The notes beneath the pieces are model-generated. The model was not told the origin of the DNA. It did not search any database and saw only the letters and a list, made by a program, of their open reading frames with translations. From the human T2T-CHM13v2.0 reference genome, Homo sapiens, in assembly GCF_009914755.1 (NCBI RefSeq), contig NC_060934.1: a stretch of DNA of 64,000 nt, one strand, 5' to 3'. Below are positions 59,214 to 64,000 of the stretch, in pieces. Both the position numbers and the translations under genes were made by a program. The stretch's first letter is position 1. Every line of letters begins with the position of its first letter.

Positions 59214-61049
59214 GTGTATATATGACAGGGAACCGGAACCTAACCTAGTCAGATATATAAACATACTTAACAAAACTAAATCACGTAGGGTGCAGGTAAT
59301 GAGTCTTTGTTGGGGGTGGGCATCCATCTCTCTTGATCTGTGTGAGTGAATATGGGGAGATTCAGTCATTGTGGCTGACATCAGTAGCCCTGGTTAGTAG
59401 CCTAACTGACCTACTAGGAAATGATGTGCTTGTGGTTAATTGCCTCCTCCTTGTGCACTTCAGCTTCCTTACCTAAAGGGTGAGAAGTTTGCACCAGAAT
59501 CATACCTACTCAGTGTGTGGTCAGGAAACTGGGTGCTGGTTCACAAACTGCTACTAGTCTATGATGAGATAAGTGCACAGATAAGTATATCTATTGAGAG
59601 TGTGGAAACTCGTGTAGCAATTTGACATTCTTTAATATTTTATTGCATTTACAAAAAAAAAATCAGTCTGGGAAAATGAATTCATCCCAGGTAACTTGAG
59701 AACCAACTGCACACGACGACCTCTGAGAACCCTTCCAGTGCTAAAAGCCTTATACTCTAATTGGATGGGGGTAGAAACTTCTAGATCAGCATTGTAAAAT
59801 ACTCAGTGTAAGTTCTAGAGGCTGGAGTTGAGTGGTTATGAGTGAGACGATGTGATTTTAGAAAGAACATGTTCTTAGCCTGGGTCTAGAACACAGAAGT
59901 CATAATACCAGCAGAGTCAGAAGTTGGTCATTCTAAGAAGACAGCCACACCATGTCATTTACTGGCAATACACCTAATCTCCAGGCTAAAGCTTAAAAGA
60001 CCAGACCTAACTTGGAGCATTTGTAAAAGAGGAAGAAGAAAAAAGAAAGAAAAATCCAATAAACTCAAATAACCAAATACATATATTTGATGTTTGTTCT
60101 TTCCTAATCCATTTAAGTCCCATCAAATTGCTCAAAAGCTCCTTTGATTTATAAATGGAATTTAGGTAGTGAGTCATCTAAAATAAAAACGATTTAAACT
60201 TTGAAAAGTAGCTCCCATGAAGCAGAATAAAGGTACTTAAAGGATTTCTATTTCCCAAGACCCTAGAAATACCATGAATTGGAGTATCTCTGTTTAACTG
60301 CTGTTATGGATGGTCCCTTGGGTAAACACTGTGCTTTATAAAAAGCTAATACTCAGAAAGAGTTTTTAAAAATTAATATTCATGCATGGGCTCATCTGGT
60401 GGAAAAATGCATGGTTGACATTTTGTGACCACGTTGCACAAAAGGCCTGCATTAACAGTAAGAAGCACGCCTTCCCCTGTCCCATCCCTCCTGAAATATT
60501 TCCCTGTGAACCTTGATTTCTTAGCTCTCTCTTCTTCAACATTCAGGGCAGGAGCATCTATTCTAGACCTGTGATCTTACTGGGAAACAGTAGACTTGAG
60601 GAGGCAGAGATGAACGGGGTGAGAAAGATCTGGGTTTAGAGGTTGAGAGTTGGTTTTGGAAAAGCTGAACATGAATCAGGAACAGGCTGGGGCACCCCCT
60701 TCACTGGCCACAAAAGGCTGCTTTTTCCTTGCCAGGAGCAGAGCTGGTGTGGGGTCTTGGATTTGCTGCCTCACATTTGGATTGTTACATCTAGAGACCT
60801 TACTGTATTTGACACTATTGCCTGCCATGTGTGTGTTAGGCACCCTCAGCATGTCATGTCATTCTGGAAGAAAGAGAATCATAATAGCCCAGCACCAGTC
60901 AAGACTGCTCCCTTCCACTCTTCTTATTTGATTAGCCAAGAAGCCTTTGCTCTAGCTACCTGGTGTTGTTTTCTAATTGGCTTCCCCTCCTATTCCTCCT
61001 ATTTGGAGGAGTCAGGCTCCTCCAAATCATGACCATTTCTTTACTACTC

Positions 61050-62600
<1,551 letters not shown>

Positions 62601-63649
62601 ACCCTCTTGGCCCCCTTGTTGAATTTATTACACCTTCAAACCCCTTCCCTAGATGCATCTGCTTTTTCCCTGTTGGCACTTCCTTCAGCCAGGTCCTCCT
62701 CTTCTTTTGCCTGGACCAGCTTCCTCTCTGTTTCTCTGCCTTCAGTTTTACTGCCAAAACTTGAGTCAGTCCTTTATGGCTTCTTCTTGTTTCCTAAAAC
62801 ACCGGCTAAATGAGGTTATCATTTGGTTAAAAACTTCTGCTGCTGAAGTCGAGAGAATTATTTAAAAAAAATTAAAGCGTAATGACACATTAGTGAGTCA
62901 TGATTCCTTGTGAAGTGTGTCACAAAAATTTTGTGGCCAGTAATAAAGAACTGATGTTGATGAGTTATCACCCTCATTTTCTTTTTGAAAATTTGAGGCA
63001 ATTCAAGGTTATCAGTAAAATGATGTCATTCTTACATACTTGCATTCCTAAATGAATAGAAATCAATGGAATGACAACTAATGTGTCAGCTTCTTTAATA
63101 TTTCTTACTGACCATAGTAAGATGCCTTTATAGATCATAAAGAGATATATTGAATGTAAATCATTGTTTTTGCTATGCAGGATTTCATTAAAGATTATTT
63201 GAGATTTGCTCAAAATCAGAATATGCTCACCTGATTTTCTTACATGTGAACAGCATCTACCATAGATCGTTTTGGAAATCAAGATAGACAAAAACTAGTC
63301 TCAATATTATACAAATCCTTTAGCATGACACAGAATGCCTTCTCATAACAAATTTCTGGAACATCTTTCCAAACTCATAGTCATGTACTATCCTAATCTC
63401 TCCACCCATACCCCACACCAATCACTGTTATGCTTACATGCCATAAGATTGTATGCCTTCAAGTCTTTTGGCAAGCCTTCCTTTTGCCAGGCCAATGAAG
63501 GCAGGGAATGCAATTCTAGGCAAATCCAGGAAATCCACTTATCTTGTAAAGTTCTGCTCAAAACTTTTGAAACTCCCTGAACCCTCTCTAACACCTTTTC
63601 ACTGTGGCCAAGAGCATGTTTCTGGGACAAACCTCTTGGCTTCTCTATT

Positions 63650-63775
63650 GAAAGCTCTAATATTTGGGTCAGATTTTCTAAGCTTCAGTTTCCTCATCAG
63701 CCTAATGTCGATAATAATGCCATCTACCTCATAGAGTTGCTGTAAAGATTTCATAAGATTATTAACCATGCCTAG
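63650..63775 (+). mobile_element. MIR relic
   Basis: cttcagtttcctcatc and gataataatgccatctacctcatagagttgctgtaaagatt. Confidence 0.7.
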
Positions 63776-64000
63776 GGAGTTCTTCTGCAGCTCTTCCTGA
63801 GTTTAGATCTGTTAATATCCGCAACTCCTTCAGACAGTGCTTGGCTCTGCCACGCTCAGCTGGAGTCAACTTCACTTTGCATCTTTCTGAAGCATCTAAT
63901 ACTGTGGAGTAAATTAATTTTCAGTGACTTTGATGTTGTCCCAAGGTAATTCTCTGTGATACTTTCCAGCAGGGAGCCTTTGAAATGTCGTCCCTCTTAT

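Overview
Primate (very probably human) non-coding genomic DNA, intronic or intergenic. It is AT-rich and CpG-depleted, with no CpG island, and I recognise no protein-coding exon or RNA gene. A large part is interspersed repeat: 16 Alu copies or fragments (many with readable target-site duplications), L1 3' fragments including one young L1PA-type piece carrying the ORF2 C-terminus, MaLR/ERVL solo LTRs, DNA-transposon MITEs (MER82-, MER5-, MER58-, MER20-like), L2 and MIR relics, and microsatellites. The ORF track is explained by Alu/L1/LTR read-throughs and chance ORFs. I found no evidence for a new multi-gene system. The most interesting signals are small: a 36-bp dispersed direct repeat in a repeat-poor AP-1-rich block, a templated duplication inside an AluJ, a 59-codon Kozak-initiated ORF, a palindrome with consensus 5' splice sites on both strands, an ARE plus double M-box in a MER5A, a HOX/PBX-motif cluster and close inverted Alu pairs. 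Subfamily names come from remembered consensus sequences, and boundaries of old elements are approximate. The host locus was not identified.
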